Positions 9,638 through 18,607 of a stretch of DNA of 64,000 nucleotides are shown one piece after another. The position numbers and the translations under genes were made by a program. Position 1 is the first letter of the stretch. Every line of letters starts with the position of its first letter. Under the pieces are notes generated by a model, which saw only the letters and a program-made list of their open reading frames with translations, was not told where the DNA came from and ran no database searches. This DNA comes from Candidatus Poribacteria bacterium (lineage in GTDB: Bacteria > Poribacteria > WGA-4E > WGA-3G), in the NCBI GenBank assembly GCA_965205015.1, contig OZ242029.1:4736001-4800000 (forward strand), given 5' to 3'.

Positions 9638-11062
9638 ATGAAACGATTCGCTTGTTCCCTCCTTATCCCCTTATTTATATCCTCTTCTGCCCTCGCAGAG
9701 CCAAGGCACCAGTTTTTGGGTAGCAATCAGACGTCTGCTGTCACCAGTCTGCACCATCTTGCCAACATTTTAGGCATTGAGGTCTCACGGGATCACGTCA
9801 GAAATGTTCTCAAACAGAAATCCAACGGACATCGAACCCCCAATTCCATAATACTTATTAACACCGCCAGGGAGTTCGGACTTGAATTGCTGGAACAGAA
9901 CCTCAACTACACACACCTACAATTACTGGAAACACCGGCTATCGTTCCCTTGAAACAAGCGTTTGACGAGGAAAACCCAAGTGCCAACGGTATTATATTA
10001 GGGTATTTCATTGTCGTTGAAGAGGCTACCGAGAAATGGGTGCGTATCTTCGGAACTCCCCAAAACGCTACATACGGAGCAGCAACTGTCATTCCGCGCG
10101 ACCGTTTTCTGGAACTTTGGAACGGACAGATCCTAAAGCCATTGTACGTACTTCCTACGGAAGCGAGACAACTGCTCGCAGATATAATGACCGGGACAGA
10201 AGCCTACAAAGCGAAACTCAAAAGCGGTGTGATTGAATTCTCCATCACGCTGAGCCAAGCAACGGATAAACCCATACCCGCAGATGCGGTGACGTACACA
10301 GAAAACGGACACCAATACGAAGAGACGGGATACTGGCACATCACCTACAAATTTGACGGAGAACGTCGCTTCTACGACCTCAAGGCACGTCATAAGATGA
10401 CATTCCACGGACAATCGCTCGACGGCTGGCAAGAGACGCATCGTCAATATCGGTTACTGCGCAGCATATTGCATGTCTGGGAAAAGGTCGGGACCGAGTG
10501 GAAAAAGCACCCACCACAGAAGGCGTCCCCGCGCTTCTTGAAACCACACTTCAACCCACATTGGTGGAGCTGGCCCCTTTGGAATCTCAGACTCATAGAC
10601 CTGTTTCGTTTCTTTAAACCCGTCGATGTCCAACAGGTCAACATGGACAATTCCGCTCACTATCTCCTCACTGGCCGCAGAAGCGGACCTGTCGACAGTG
10701 ATATTGAAATTTGGTTGGATCCACAAAAAGCCTATCGTCCCACGCGTGTGCTAACGCACAGCAGAAGTATACTGGGAACAGCACCGGTGGAAGTCCCTGG
10801 CGAACGTCCCAAACCCATACCGCTTGAAACAGAGTACACCCTTACCCGCTATATATATCAAATCGAGAAGTTTGCGCCAGACATCTGGTTCCCAAAAACC
10901 GTTACGAGAGAAGTATCATTTAGCACGACCGATGAGAACCAACATCCGCCACCGACACTGAGAAAAACAGTTATGCAGGTCCATCGCGCCGTATTTAATA
11001 TCCCCATTGCGGAAGAAGATCTGGGTAGGGTTTCAGATATGGCAAGACCGAAAAATAAGTAG
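9638..11062 (+). CDS. Secreted protein with N-terminal peptidase C39-like domain
   Basis: Signal peptide MKRFACSLL... C39-like pattern (AREFGLE, PAIV, YFIVV, FLELWNG). Catalytic residues appear substituted. Confidence 0.55.
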   Translation: MKRFACSLLIPLFISSSALAEPRHQFLGSNQTSAVTSLHHLANILGIEVSRDHVRNVLKQKSNGHRTPNSIILINTAREFGLELLEQNLNYTHLQLLETPAIVPLKQAFDEENPSANGIILGYFIVVEEATEKWVRIFGTPQNATYGAATVIPRDRFLELWNGQILKPLYVLPTEARQLLADIMTGTEAYKAKLKSGVIEFSITLSQATDKPIPADAVTYTENGHQYEETGYWHITYKFDGERRFYDLKARHKMTFHGQSLDGWQETHRQYRLLRSILHVWEKVGTEWKKHPPQKASPRFLKPHFNPHWWSWPLWNLRLIDLFRFFKPVDVQQVNMDNSAHYLLTGRRSGPVDSDIEIWLDPQKAYRPTRVLTHSRSILGTAPVEVPGERPKPIPLETEYTLTRYIYQIEKFAPDIWFPKTVTREVSFSTTDENQHPPPTLRKTVMQVHRAVFNIPIAEEDLGRVSDMARPKNK

Positions 11063-11183
11063 AACCTACTTAATTTTCTTAGACGATTACCTCTTAACTG
11101 AAAACTAATTGACTTCACAAAACGGATATGCTAATCTATTCTTTGGAAATCAACATCCTATATCTCCGCGAAAGGTAAAGTTA

Positions 11184-12221
11184 ATGGAACAATGGATCAC
11201 AGAACTTATTAGCGGGTTACCCAGCCTGGCTCTCTTTCTGATAATTGCGGTAACCCTTTACACCCTCGGCAAAGGTGCAGATTGGCTCGTCGATGAAGCC
11301 GTCATCCTCTCGACCCGATGGGGTTTAGGAAAAGCCGTCATCGGCGCAACGATCGTGAGCATCGGCACCACAACCCCAGAGGCGGCGGTCTCTGTTTTGT
11401 CGGCACTCCAAGGAGAACCGGGGCTTGCACTCGGCAACGCAGTCGGTTCAATCATTTGCGACACGGGACTCATTCTCGGATTGGCATCCCTCATCGCGCC
11501 ACTCCCCCTCAACCGCCAATTGGCTTCACGGCTGTCAAACGTTCAGGTAGGTGCCGGTATCCTGCTCGTGCTCGGCTGTTTTCCGTGGACCTCCCCAGCG
11601 AAAGTCTTCACACAAGGCGGCACTTTACTACAACCTATAGGTTGGGTCTTCGTGGCACTCCTGGGGTTATACATCTATCAGTCCATCCGGTGGGCAAGTG
11701 CCTTAGGCGCGAATGCTGATAATGATGAAGAAGTGGAGGCAGAGGGAACAGGTGCTTTCGGAACACTCCTTAAACTCATCGGGGCAATCGCTATCGTGGT
11801 CCTTTCTGCACAGATTCTAATTCCGACTGTGATCGAGATAGCAGACAGAATACAAGTCCCGGAACACATCATCTCGGCGACCCTCGTTGCGTTTGGGACA
11901 TCGCTCCCAGAATTGGTAACGGCAATAACGGCAGTCAGACGCGGACACGGCGAATTGGCAGTCGGTAACATCATCGGCGCCGATATTCTCAACGTCCTCT
12001 TTGTCGCCGGTGTCTCCGCTTCGGCAACGCAAGGAGGTCTACAGGCAGATGGTCAGTTCTTCCAGTTCCTGTTCCCAGCGATGCTGTTTATCCTGATTGT
12101 GTTTAGGTGTGGGATCTTCGTATCGGGCGATCAGTTGAAACGTCCGTTTGGGGTCGTGCTGGTCGCCACATGGCTCTTGGTGACAATTCTGAGTTATGTC
12201 CTCTCAATTGAAATGCATTAA
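11184..12221 (+). CDS. Sodium:calcium antiporter (CaCA/YrbG family)
   Basis: Alpha repeats GTTTPE...GNAVGS and GTSLPE...GNIIGA. Confidence 0.92.
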   Translation: MEQWITELISGLPSLALFLIIAVTLYTLGKGADWLVDEAVILSTRWGLGKAVIGATIVSIGTTTPEAAVSVLSALQGEPGLALGNAVGSIICDTGLILGLASLIAPLPLNRQLASRLSNVQVGAGILLVLGCFPWTSPAKVFTQGGTLLQPIGWVFVALLGLYIYQSIRWASALGANADNDEEVEAEGTGAFGTLLKLIGAIAIVVLSAQILIPTVIEIADRIQVPEHIISATLVAFGTSLPELVTAITAVRRGHGELAVGNIIGADILNVLFVAGVSASATQGGLQADGQFFQFLFPAMLFILIVFRCGIFVSGDQLKRPFGVVLVATWLLVTILSYVLSIEMH

Positions 12222-12318
12222 TAGTTGTCGGTTGTCAGTTGTCAACCGTCGGTTAAAAGAGGTTTTTGTTAGATGATAACCTCTTTAACTGAAAACCGAT
12301 AACCGATAACTGAAAACC
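12222..12318. repeat. Palindromic intergenic element built from degenerate heptamers
   Basis: (GTTGTCR)n arm, AAAGAGGTT...AACCTCTTT core, (CCGATAA/CTGAAAA)n arm. Related arms near 11088-11107, 19452-19487 and 53150-53305. Confidence 0.55.
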
Positions 12319-12417
12319 AAAATGAAATATCGTACTTCTTGACAAATTTGTGAAAGCGTGTCACAATCAACGCCAAATTTAGACCACTTTTCCGCAACGC
12401 TCAAAGGAGGCATTACA

Positions 12418-13590
12418 ATGAGCAACGATCAATCACCGAAGCAAGAGGTCTACCGTGCCCAGGCTTTTGCTGATTTCAAACCGGAACTCTCGGCACCCGG
12501 AGCCACACCGGAAAGATTGGCGCATTTAAGGGAACACGGTTTCGTGATTATCAACGACTTCGTTGACAATCCGTGGATCCCAATCCTCCGAGAGGCAGGC
12601 AGACGGGTTACACAAGCGTGCGCCCCAGAGAACGGCTACGATGTTATCGACTGCTCAAAGGGATACGTGCACCGCGCAGGTGAAAATGAACCCTGGGCAA
12701 TCCGAGGCATACTCCATCCGGCATTTAAAGAACCCGTTTTCGCTGAATTTTATGGATCCCCAGATTTCACAGGCTTCGTCAAGGCGTGGTGTGACGTTGA
12801 TCCCGAAGACCTCGTCATGACGAACATACTCCTCTGGTGCAATCCCCGTAGAAAAGAGAACAGACTCGGATGGCACAGAGACACGACATGGTGGGGCACT
12901 GGAGAGAGTTACTTCTCACAAGAAGATCAGCAAGAAGGTCCCGCAGCCTATTCCGAGGAGGTCGAGCGGATCCGCTGGAAAGAAATTCAGGAAGAAAATG
13001 AGAAGCGACTTACCGAACGGAACAGTGTCGGTATGTTCTTGGCACTCGCAGACGACGAATGTCATGAACTCGTCCAAGGTAGCCACAGTCGATGGCGCAC
13101 CCCGCTTGAACACGATGTGCTACTCCCAAAATCCATGAAGGACCAGGGTGTCCCGTATACACCGAGTTGGAACGGCACAGACCCACTTCCGGGGCAGGTT
13201 GCGATTCGGCTCAAACCGGGAGAGGCACTTATCCGTAACGGCACGACGATCCATACCGGACAAACCGTGCCTGAACGTGAGCGCAACACGCTGTCAATCG
13301 GTTGGTCGAAATGGAGCGGTCCCTCCGACGAGGAACCAAAGGTTATCGATGCACGATTCGCATGGCAACTCGACCCTGCTGTGCGTGAGGCACTCCCGCA
13401 CGAATGGATGAAAACGGCATGGGACCGCTGGGCGGCAAATCATAAACTCGGTGATCGGCTCGAAGACCGCTACGCAGGCTTTGACATCGAACGCATCAAA
13501 GCGGGTGAAGTGGTTGGGTGGCGAACCGAACTGGAACGTCAAGCCGCTGCCGCAGGCGAAGCGTGGGAACGCTACCAAACCGTATCCTAG
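12418..13590 (+). CDS. Phytanoyl-CoA dioxygenase (PhyH) family 2OG-Fe(II) oxygenase
   Basis: GWHRD, GSH, LKPGEAL...TIHTG, R-x-T. AAAGGAGG RBS before 12418. Confidence 0.8.
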   Translation: MSNDQSPKQEVYRAQAFADFKPELSAPGATPERLAHLREHGFVIINDFVDNPWIPILREAGRRVTQACAPENGYDVIDCSKGYVHRAGENEPWAIRGILHPAFKEPVFAEFYGSPDFTGFVKAWCDVDPEDLVMTNILLWCNPRRKENRLGWHRDTTWWGTGESYFSQEDQQEGPAAYSEEVERIRWKEIQEENEKRLTERNSVGMFLALADDECHELVQGSHSRWRTPLEHDVLLPKSMKDQGVPYTPSWNGTDPLPGQVAIRLKPGEALIRNGTTIHTGQTVPERERNTLSIGWSKWSGPSDEEPKVIDARFAWQLDPAVREALPHEWMKTAWDRWAANHKLGDRLEDRYAGFDIERIKAGEVVGWRTELERQAAAAGEAWERYQTVS

Positions 13591-13760
13591 TCAAGGCACC
13601 CAAACCTAAAGGATTGGGCTTGTGCTTCGTAGCAGTTCGCCTTCCGAGGAAGGACTTACATCTGCTCCACAGAGGGACCCAAGGCAGCCCTCAAGATGTT
13701 TATCGCAGCGTTTACGTCCCTGTCGCGGTGTGACCCACAGTCGGGGCATGTCCACTGCCG
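13570..13760 (-). ncRNA. Predicted TnpB omegaRNA/reRNA (scaffold overlaps the tnpB 3' end and right end; guide comes from the flank)
   Basis: Established TnpB architecture plus the right-end hairpin. The 5' boundary is approximate. Predicted guide UAGGAUACGGUUUGGUAGCG (13589-13570). Confidence 0.55.
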
Positions 13761-14870
13761 ATCTGAAAGAGAAAGGGTTTCGTTGTGATGCCCGCAATCT
13801 GAGCACGGTTTCGTTGTGGGAGTCCATTGCCCGACTTGAGAAAACTCACGATTATGTTTGAAACATTTGAACTTCAATATCTCAACAAACTGGTAAAAGG
13901 CGAGGTCAGAGACTTTGCGTCCCCAGAGGCGTTTCATCCCATCAAGGTTCAGCGTCTCGGTGACAACGTGGTCAAACCGCCGACACAGGTCAGTGGCGCG
14001 TTTGTAGTGCCAATCTCTGCGCTGGTTGGCGATCTTGCGATAAAGTCGTGCAAGTTGACGAACAGCACGCCACCAATTGCCAGATCCTTTCTGCTTACGG
14101 GAGACAGTTTTGTTGAGTTTTCGGAGTTGGTTCAAGGACTGTTTCAGAGGTTGTGGATGCTGAATCTTCTCACCCGTGCTGAGTGTCAGATAGGTGTCCA
14201 TACCGAAGTCTATCCCTACGCTCTTACCTGTAGCGGACATCACTTCTTTGGATATATCATCTGTCACGACGTAGAGCCACAATGTTCCAACGGCATCCCG
14301 ACCGATCTGAATATAACGGACGTTCCCCTCCCAATCGCGATGGGGGTGATACAAGATATTTCTACGGACAAACACAAACTTCTGTTTGGCTTCACTCCAT
14401 TGCTTGAAGGAGATACGGACAGTGCCTTTGGGAACTTTGGAAGGTTTTCCGTCTTCGCATTCTTGAAAAATCGCATACCCTGTTTGGAACTTCGCAGAGC
14501 GGTATTTGCTACGTTTTTTGAACTTCGGGGGACCGACGCGCCTGCCACGTCTACCGTTTTCAATCCAATCAAAGAACCGTTCATACCCGATATGGATACG
14601 GATAATCACGGCGTCAAGGGTATCACGGGGTATCCATGCCCAATGCTTATGGGTGCGTTCGAGCAACTTCGTCAGATGCGGTTGCAGGCGATACCGACCG
14701 GCGTATTTCCCATAGATGCGGTAATATCGCTTCTCCAGAGCAAGGAAGTGGTTATGGACATCGCCAAGTTCATCAAGCATGTTGCCGACGCGCATGTTTT
14801 GCGAGTGTTCGCGTATTTGGTACTTGTAGGTGCGACGCACACGCTTTTGTTTGCGCTTTCGCTTTTTCAT
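13656..14870 (-). CDS. tnpB: RNA-guided endonuclease TnpB
   Basis: RTYKYQI N-terminus, PKFKKR, RuvC-I GIDFG, RuvC-II ETL, Zn finger CSDC/CPDC, RuvC-III DRDVNAAINI. Confidence 0.95.
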   Translation of the reverse strand: MKKRKRKQKRVRRTYKYQIREHSQNMRVGNMLDELGDVHNHFLALEKRYYRIYGKYAGRYRLQPHLTKLLERTHKHWAWIPRDTLDAVIIRIHIGYERFFDWIENGRRGRRVGPPKFKKRSKYRSAKFQTGYAIFQECEDGKPSKVPKGTVRISFKQWSEAKQKFVFVRRNILYHPHRDWEGNVRYIQIGRDAVGTLWLYVVTDDISKEVMSATGKSVGIDFGMDTYLTLSTGEKIQHPQPLKQSLNQLRKLNKTVSRKQKGSGNWWRAVRQLARLYRKIANQRRDWHYKRATDLCRRFDHVVTETLNLDGMKRLWGRKVSDLAFYQFVEILKFKCFKHNREFSQVGQWTPTTKPCSDCGHHNETLSLSDRQWTCPDCGSHRDRDVNAAINILRAALGPSVEQM

Positions 14871-14967
14871 AGCGGTTCACAGTCTCACAGCATTAACCCC
14901 TTATCAGTGGGTAGGCAGACACGCCACCAAGTGGTGACGCTGATAATGTCTGCCACTGTGATATATC

Positions 14968-14997
14968 TATTAAACCACAATTTAATGAGAATGTCAA
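14968..14997 (-). promoter_or_regulatory. sigma70-type promoter of tnpB
   Basis: Minus strand TTGACA-ttctcattaaattgtgg-TTTAAT (17-bp spacer), upstream of a GGCAGACA/TGTCTGCC 5'UTR hairpin. Confidence 0.55.
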
Positions 14998-15539
14998 GTG
15001 TTTTTTCAAAAAAAAACGCCATGGCCTAATACACGAGGGCGGATTTTCCTCCCCACCCTAAAGGATGGGGAGGAAAATCCGTAAACTTTGATGAGAATTC
15101 GTGAAACCAGTCGACTATCTCTTATCCAAGATAACATTGTTCATCCTCCTCCAAATGACACACCAACAAGGGCCGGATTATGTAAATTTATGATTATTTT
15201 TTATCTAAAGTGAATTTACTACCCAATCCATTTATACCTCTACTAAGCTGGAACAGTGATAGAAACGAAGAAAGTCCCAATCTTAGCAGTGCCACCTAAA
15301 ACCGGTTAATAACAGTATATCATAAGAAAAGCGGAATTGCAAATTCTCCAATCTACGCCTACACCTATGCATTTTCCTAACGGATTAACAGGACTAGCAT
15401 CATCAAATAAGGGGTCTTTTGCTCACCAAAGCGAAGGGCACCCACAACGGGTGCCCCTACAATTGTCCATGCATTTTGAGATTTTACCATAACTTGGCAC
15501 CTATCGAACGTTAAAAACCCCATCTACCTTGGTTGGAGA

Positions 15540-16526
15540 CTATGCTGGTGGTGCGATGAGACGCACAAACGAACTCGACACCTCGTCCAATTCCTCCCGA
15601 ACCGCTGGATCCAACTCCCAACCAACACCGCCGAGCGTATCATCAAGCTGCTCAATCGTGTCGCTCCCACTAATTGCGACGGTGACCTCTGGATGCGATA
15701 ACACCCACGCCACAGCGAGTTGTGCCGGCGTTTTCCCTAACTCCGCCGCCAGTCGCTTGAGGGTTACGATCACCCGTCCGGTCTCACCACTCATCCGTTG
15801 CGCGAATTCTTCTCGTAAGCGGGTCCCCCACAACGTGCCAGCCGGCGGTGGCTCATCGGGTGAATAGACACCACTCAACAGACCGACTGCCAACGGACTA
15901 TAACACATAACGCCTAACCCTTCCTCACGGACCAAACCGAACAGCTCGGTTTCCATATCCCGGTTCAGCAGGTTATACATATTCTGAATACACATATAGG
16001 GCGTTGCGTTAATCCGATCGGCGATCCAGAGTGCCTTACACGCTTGCCATGCTTGATGATTACAACAGCCGATATAGCGGACTTTGCCTGAACGCACGAG
16101 ATCGTCCATTGCGCGGACCGTCTCCTCCTGCGGGGTCGTTTCATCAGGCGCGTGGATGAGGTAGACATCAATATGATCGGTATTGAGCCGCTTCAAGGAA
16201 CGCTCGATCTCCCGCATGATATGGTATCTCGACAACCCCTGATCGTTCGGACCTGGCCCGATCTGGCTGAAAACCTTCGACGTAATCACCACATCGTCAC
16301 GTTTTCCCTGAATCGCTTTACCGAGCACCTCCTCAGAACGACCGATGTTGGCGCGATCGTCCATCAGTCCATAGATGTTGGCACAATCGATAAGATTGAT
16401 GCCAGAATCGATGGCGTGTTCAATGAGCCTTTGGGCATCCTTCGCGTCGCCTTGTCCCCTGAGTCCTAACCCCAACGCGAGTGGACTCACCTTAACGCCT
16501 GCTTTTCCAAAATTGACATACTCCAT
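15540..16526 (-). CDS. Aldo/keto reductase
   Basis: DCANIYG, SEEVLG, SLKRLNTDHIDVYLIH, GKVRYIG, YSPLAVGLL. Confidence 0.93.
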   Translation of the reverse strand: MEYVNFGKAGVKVSPLALGLGLRGQGDAKDAQRLIEHAIDSGINLIDCANIYGLMDDRANIGRSEEVLGKAIQGKRDDVVITSKVFSQIGPGPNDQGLSRYHIMREIERSLKRLNTDHIDVYLIHAPDETTPQEETVRAMDDLVRSGKVRYIGCCNHQAWQACKALWIADRINATPYMCIQNMYNLLNRDMETELFGLVREEGLGVMCYSPLAVGLLSGVYSPDEPPPAGTLWGTRLREEFAQRMSGETGRVIVTLKRLAAELGKTPAQLAVAWVLSHPEVTVAISGSDTIEQLDDTLGGVGWELDPAVREELDEVSSSFVRLIAPPA

Positions 16527-16548
16527 AAACGAATTTCCTTTTCTACAA

Positions 16549-16872
16549 CTACTTTAACAAAGCGAACAAAGCGATTATAGCGGAGACAATCGCTGTGCCG
16601 ACTGCTACACGGCTCCACAAAGTCGCGCCCGCCTCTACCTTTCCCTCTATCTTCCCTCGAATCCAGCTGACACCTTGCTCTAAACTTCCCAAACGGGTTT
16701 CCACAGCGTCAAACTTTTTCTCAAACTTCTGATCCAGAGCGTCAAACTTCTGTTCAAACTTCTGATCCAGAGCGTCAAACTTTTTCTCAAACTTCTGATC
16801 CAACCGCTCATATTTCTGCTCTAACCGTTCAAGGGCAGATAATACACGTTCTCGAAAATCTTGATCTGACAT
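16549..16872 (-). CDS. Small coiled-coil protein with C-terminal membrane anchor
   Basis: AGGAGG RBS, (LDQKFEKKFDA)x3 repeat, hydrophobic C-terminus. Confidence 0.75.
   Translation of the reverse strand: MSDQDFRERVLSALERLEQKYERLDQKFEKKFDALDQKFEQKFDALDQKFEKKFDAVETRLGSLEQGVSWIRGKIEGKVEAGATLWSRVAVGTAIVSAIIALFALLK
16705..16803. repeat. 3 x 33-bp tandem repeat (11-aa coiled-coil unit)
   Basis: AGCGTCAAACTTTTTCTCAAACTTCTGATCCAG units starting at 16705, 16738 and 16771. Confidence 0.9.
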
Positions 16873-16984
16873 GAAAGACCTCCTTTTCTATCTGTTAATA
16901 TAACACATATAGCAAGAATAAGGCAAGTCCTGTCCATTTTTACGATTGGATTTTCCTTCGGATATGGCGTTCTTCATTCACAAA

Positions 16985-17989
16985 TTACCAGACTGCACTA
17001 CTATCAAGTGGAAACTCATGTACCGCTTTTTCCCTTAATGTCTCAAGGAGCCTCTGCATATCCGTGGGCATCTCCGCTGAAAACGTCAAGTGTTCCCCCG
17101 TTGCCGGATGCTCAAATCCGAGCACGCAGGCATGCAACGCTTGACGTTTCAGTTGCGCGAGCCTCTGTTTTAACTCTGGCGTATCGGCATCGTTCAAAGC
17201 GCGTTGCTCACCTCCATAAACCGCGTCACCGACCACCGGATGCCCAATATGTTGCAGATGCACGCGAATCTGATGGAGTCGTCCGGTTTCCAACGTCAGT
17301 TGAACAAGCGCGAATTGCGAATACCCCTCTAAAACCGCATAGTGGGTGGCAGCGTGTCGTCCGCTCGTTTCAACCGTCGTCATCCGTCGTCGGTCCCGTC
17401 TGCTCCGCGCAATACGGGTATCAATCGTACCCGCGGTTTCTGTCGGCACACCGCATACCACAGCGACGTATCGGCGCGTGATACTATGCCGTTCAAACTG
17501 AACCGAGAGTCCGCGATGCACCACATCCGTTTTCGCAACAACGAGCACCCCTGATGTCCCCTTGTCCAATCTGTGAACGATCCCCGGTCGCTCCACACCT
17601 CCGATACCCGAAAGGTCTGTGCAATGCGCCAACAATGCATTCACAAGTGTGCCAACATTCATCCCATTCGCAGGATGAACGAGCATACCGGCGGGTTTAT
17701 TCAGAACGATTAAGTGGCTATCCTCGTAAAGAATGTCGAGCGAAATTCGCTCAGGTTGGACGGTGTCCAAAGGACGCGGCGGCGGAAGCGTCAAGCACAC
17801 CCGGTCTCCGTCCCGCAGCGTATAACTCGGCTGTTTACCGACCTCGCCATTGACGATGACCTCCCCATCGCGAATCAACCGTTGGAGATAGGTACGAGAT
17901 ACCCCTTCCGTTGCGTTGATAAGAAAGCGATCCAGGCGTGTCCCGCACTGATTTTCTTGGATGTCATAGACCTGCGTTTCGTTTTTCAT
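16985..17989 (-). CDS. rluD: RluA/RluD family 23S rRNA pseudouridine synthase
   Basis: S4 domain RLDRFL, NKPAGMLVHP, RPGIVHRLDKGTSG, LETGRLHQIRVH. Confidence 0.9.
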   Translation of the reverse strand: MKNETQVYDIQENQCGTRLDRFLINATEGVSRTYLQRLIRDGEVIVNGEVGKQPSYTLRDGDRVCLTLPPPRPLDTVQPERISLDILYEDSHLIVLNKPAGMLVHPANGMNVGTLVNALLAHCTDLSGIGGVERPGIVHRLDKGTSGVLVVAKTDVVHRGLSVQFERHSITRRYVAVVCGVPTETAGTIDTRIARSRRDRRRMTTVETSGRHAATHYAVLEGYSQFALVQLTLETGRLHQIRVHLQHIGHPVVGDAVYGGEQRALNDADTPELKQRLAQLKRQALHACVLGFEHPATGEHLTFSAEMPTDMQRLLETLREKAVHEFPLDSSAVW

Positions 17990-18060
17990 CTGACTCCGCG
18001 GATTTCAAATAATGCCGAATGTCGGATTTCGCAAAACACATTAGGCACCTCAAGCAAACT

Positions 18061-18393
18061 TTATTCAACCGCGTATCCTGTGTGCGGGCGAATATCCGAA
18101 GAATAGAACCCCAAGACAATATGCTCTTTGGGGACCCCATATCGCTCTAATTCGGGCGCAACGCCTTCGGTATTATCCTGTTGGATCCACAACTTGCCAT
18201 CAATAATATCAATTCGGACAATACAAGCATGGATGCGTTTATGTTTCTGATAGCCTCGGGTCATCCACAGATAGCGGTCGGCTTCCCGGTCAACAATGAT
18301 TTCGTCTATCATTTCCCCGCAAGTAGGTGGTACTTCTGTCCACTCATTCAACACCTGCAGTACAATACCCCGATATTTTTCTATCCGTTCCAT
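18061..18393 (-). CDS. xisI: XisI family protein
   Basis: DRYLWMTRG, IDIIDGKLWIQQDNTEGVAPELERYGVPKEHIVLGF, PHTGYAV. Confidence 0.88.
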   Translation of the reverse strand: MERIEKYRGIVLQVLNEWTEVPPTCGEMIDEIIVDREADRYLWMTRGYQKHKRIHACIVRIDIIDGKLWIQQDNTEGVAPELERYGVPKEHIVLGFYSSDIRPHTGYAVE

Positions 18394-18449
18394 TTGACAA
18401 TTACTTCCTCGGTTCTATTAAAGATAATATTGAGAGCGAGATAACTCAT
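18381..18449 (-). pseudogene. Remnant C-terminus of XisH
   Basis: Minus-strand MSYLALNIIFNRTEEVIVKWNG* resembles the XisH C-terminus and overlaps the xisI start, as in xisHI operons. Confidence 0.5.
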
Positions 18450-18607
18450 GTTTTGTATAGGATACCATATAAGCAATCAAAAGGCAAGTTCTTAACCATG
18501 AAGGATTTAATCTGCCAAACCGCACTTCACAATTGATTTGACACTTAATACAGGAATATGATACCCTTTATCTATGAGATATCTATACCCTATAACAGGG
18601 CGATACA

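Larger units (their letters stand above)
13590..15090 (-). mobile_element. Non-autonomous IS200/IS605-family (IS1341-like, tnpB-only) element
   Basis: Left-end hairpin GGATTTTCCTCCCCA-CCCTAAAGGA-TGGGGAGGAAAATCC (15041-15080). Right-end hairpin CCCAAACCTAAAGGATTGGG (13599-13618). Minus-strand terminus ...CCTTGAC. No tnpA. Confidence 0.85.

Noticed and set aside
13827-15029. 400-aa plus-strand ORF
   Set aside because: Antisense shadow of tnpB with no recognisable motifs. It is not a TnpA.
15095-15420. AT-rich stretch with GGAGG + MLSWIRDSRLVSRIL on the minus strand
   Set aside because: Too short, runs into the IS end, and has no recognisable homology, so it cannot be supported as a gene.
16705-16803. 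33-bp repeats as a CRISPR array
   Set aside because: Directly tandem with no spacers, and in frame within a CDS.
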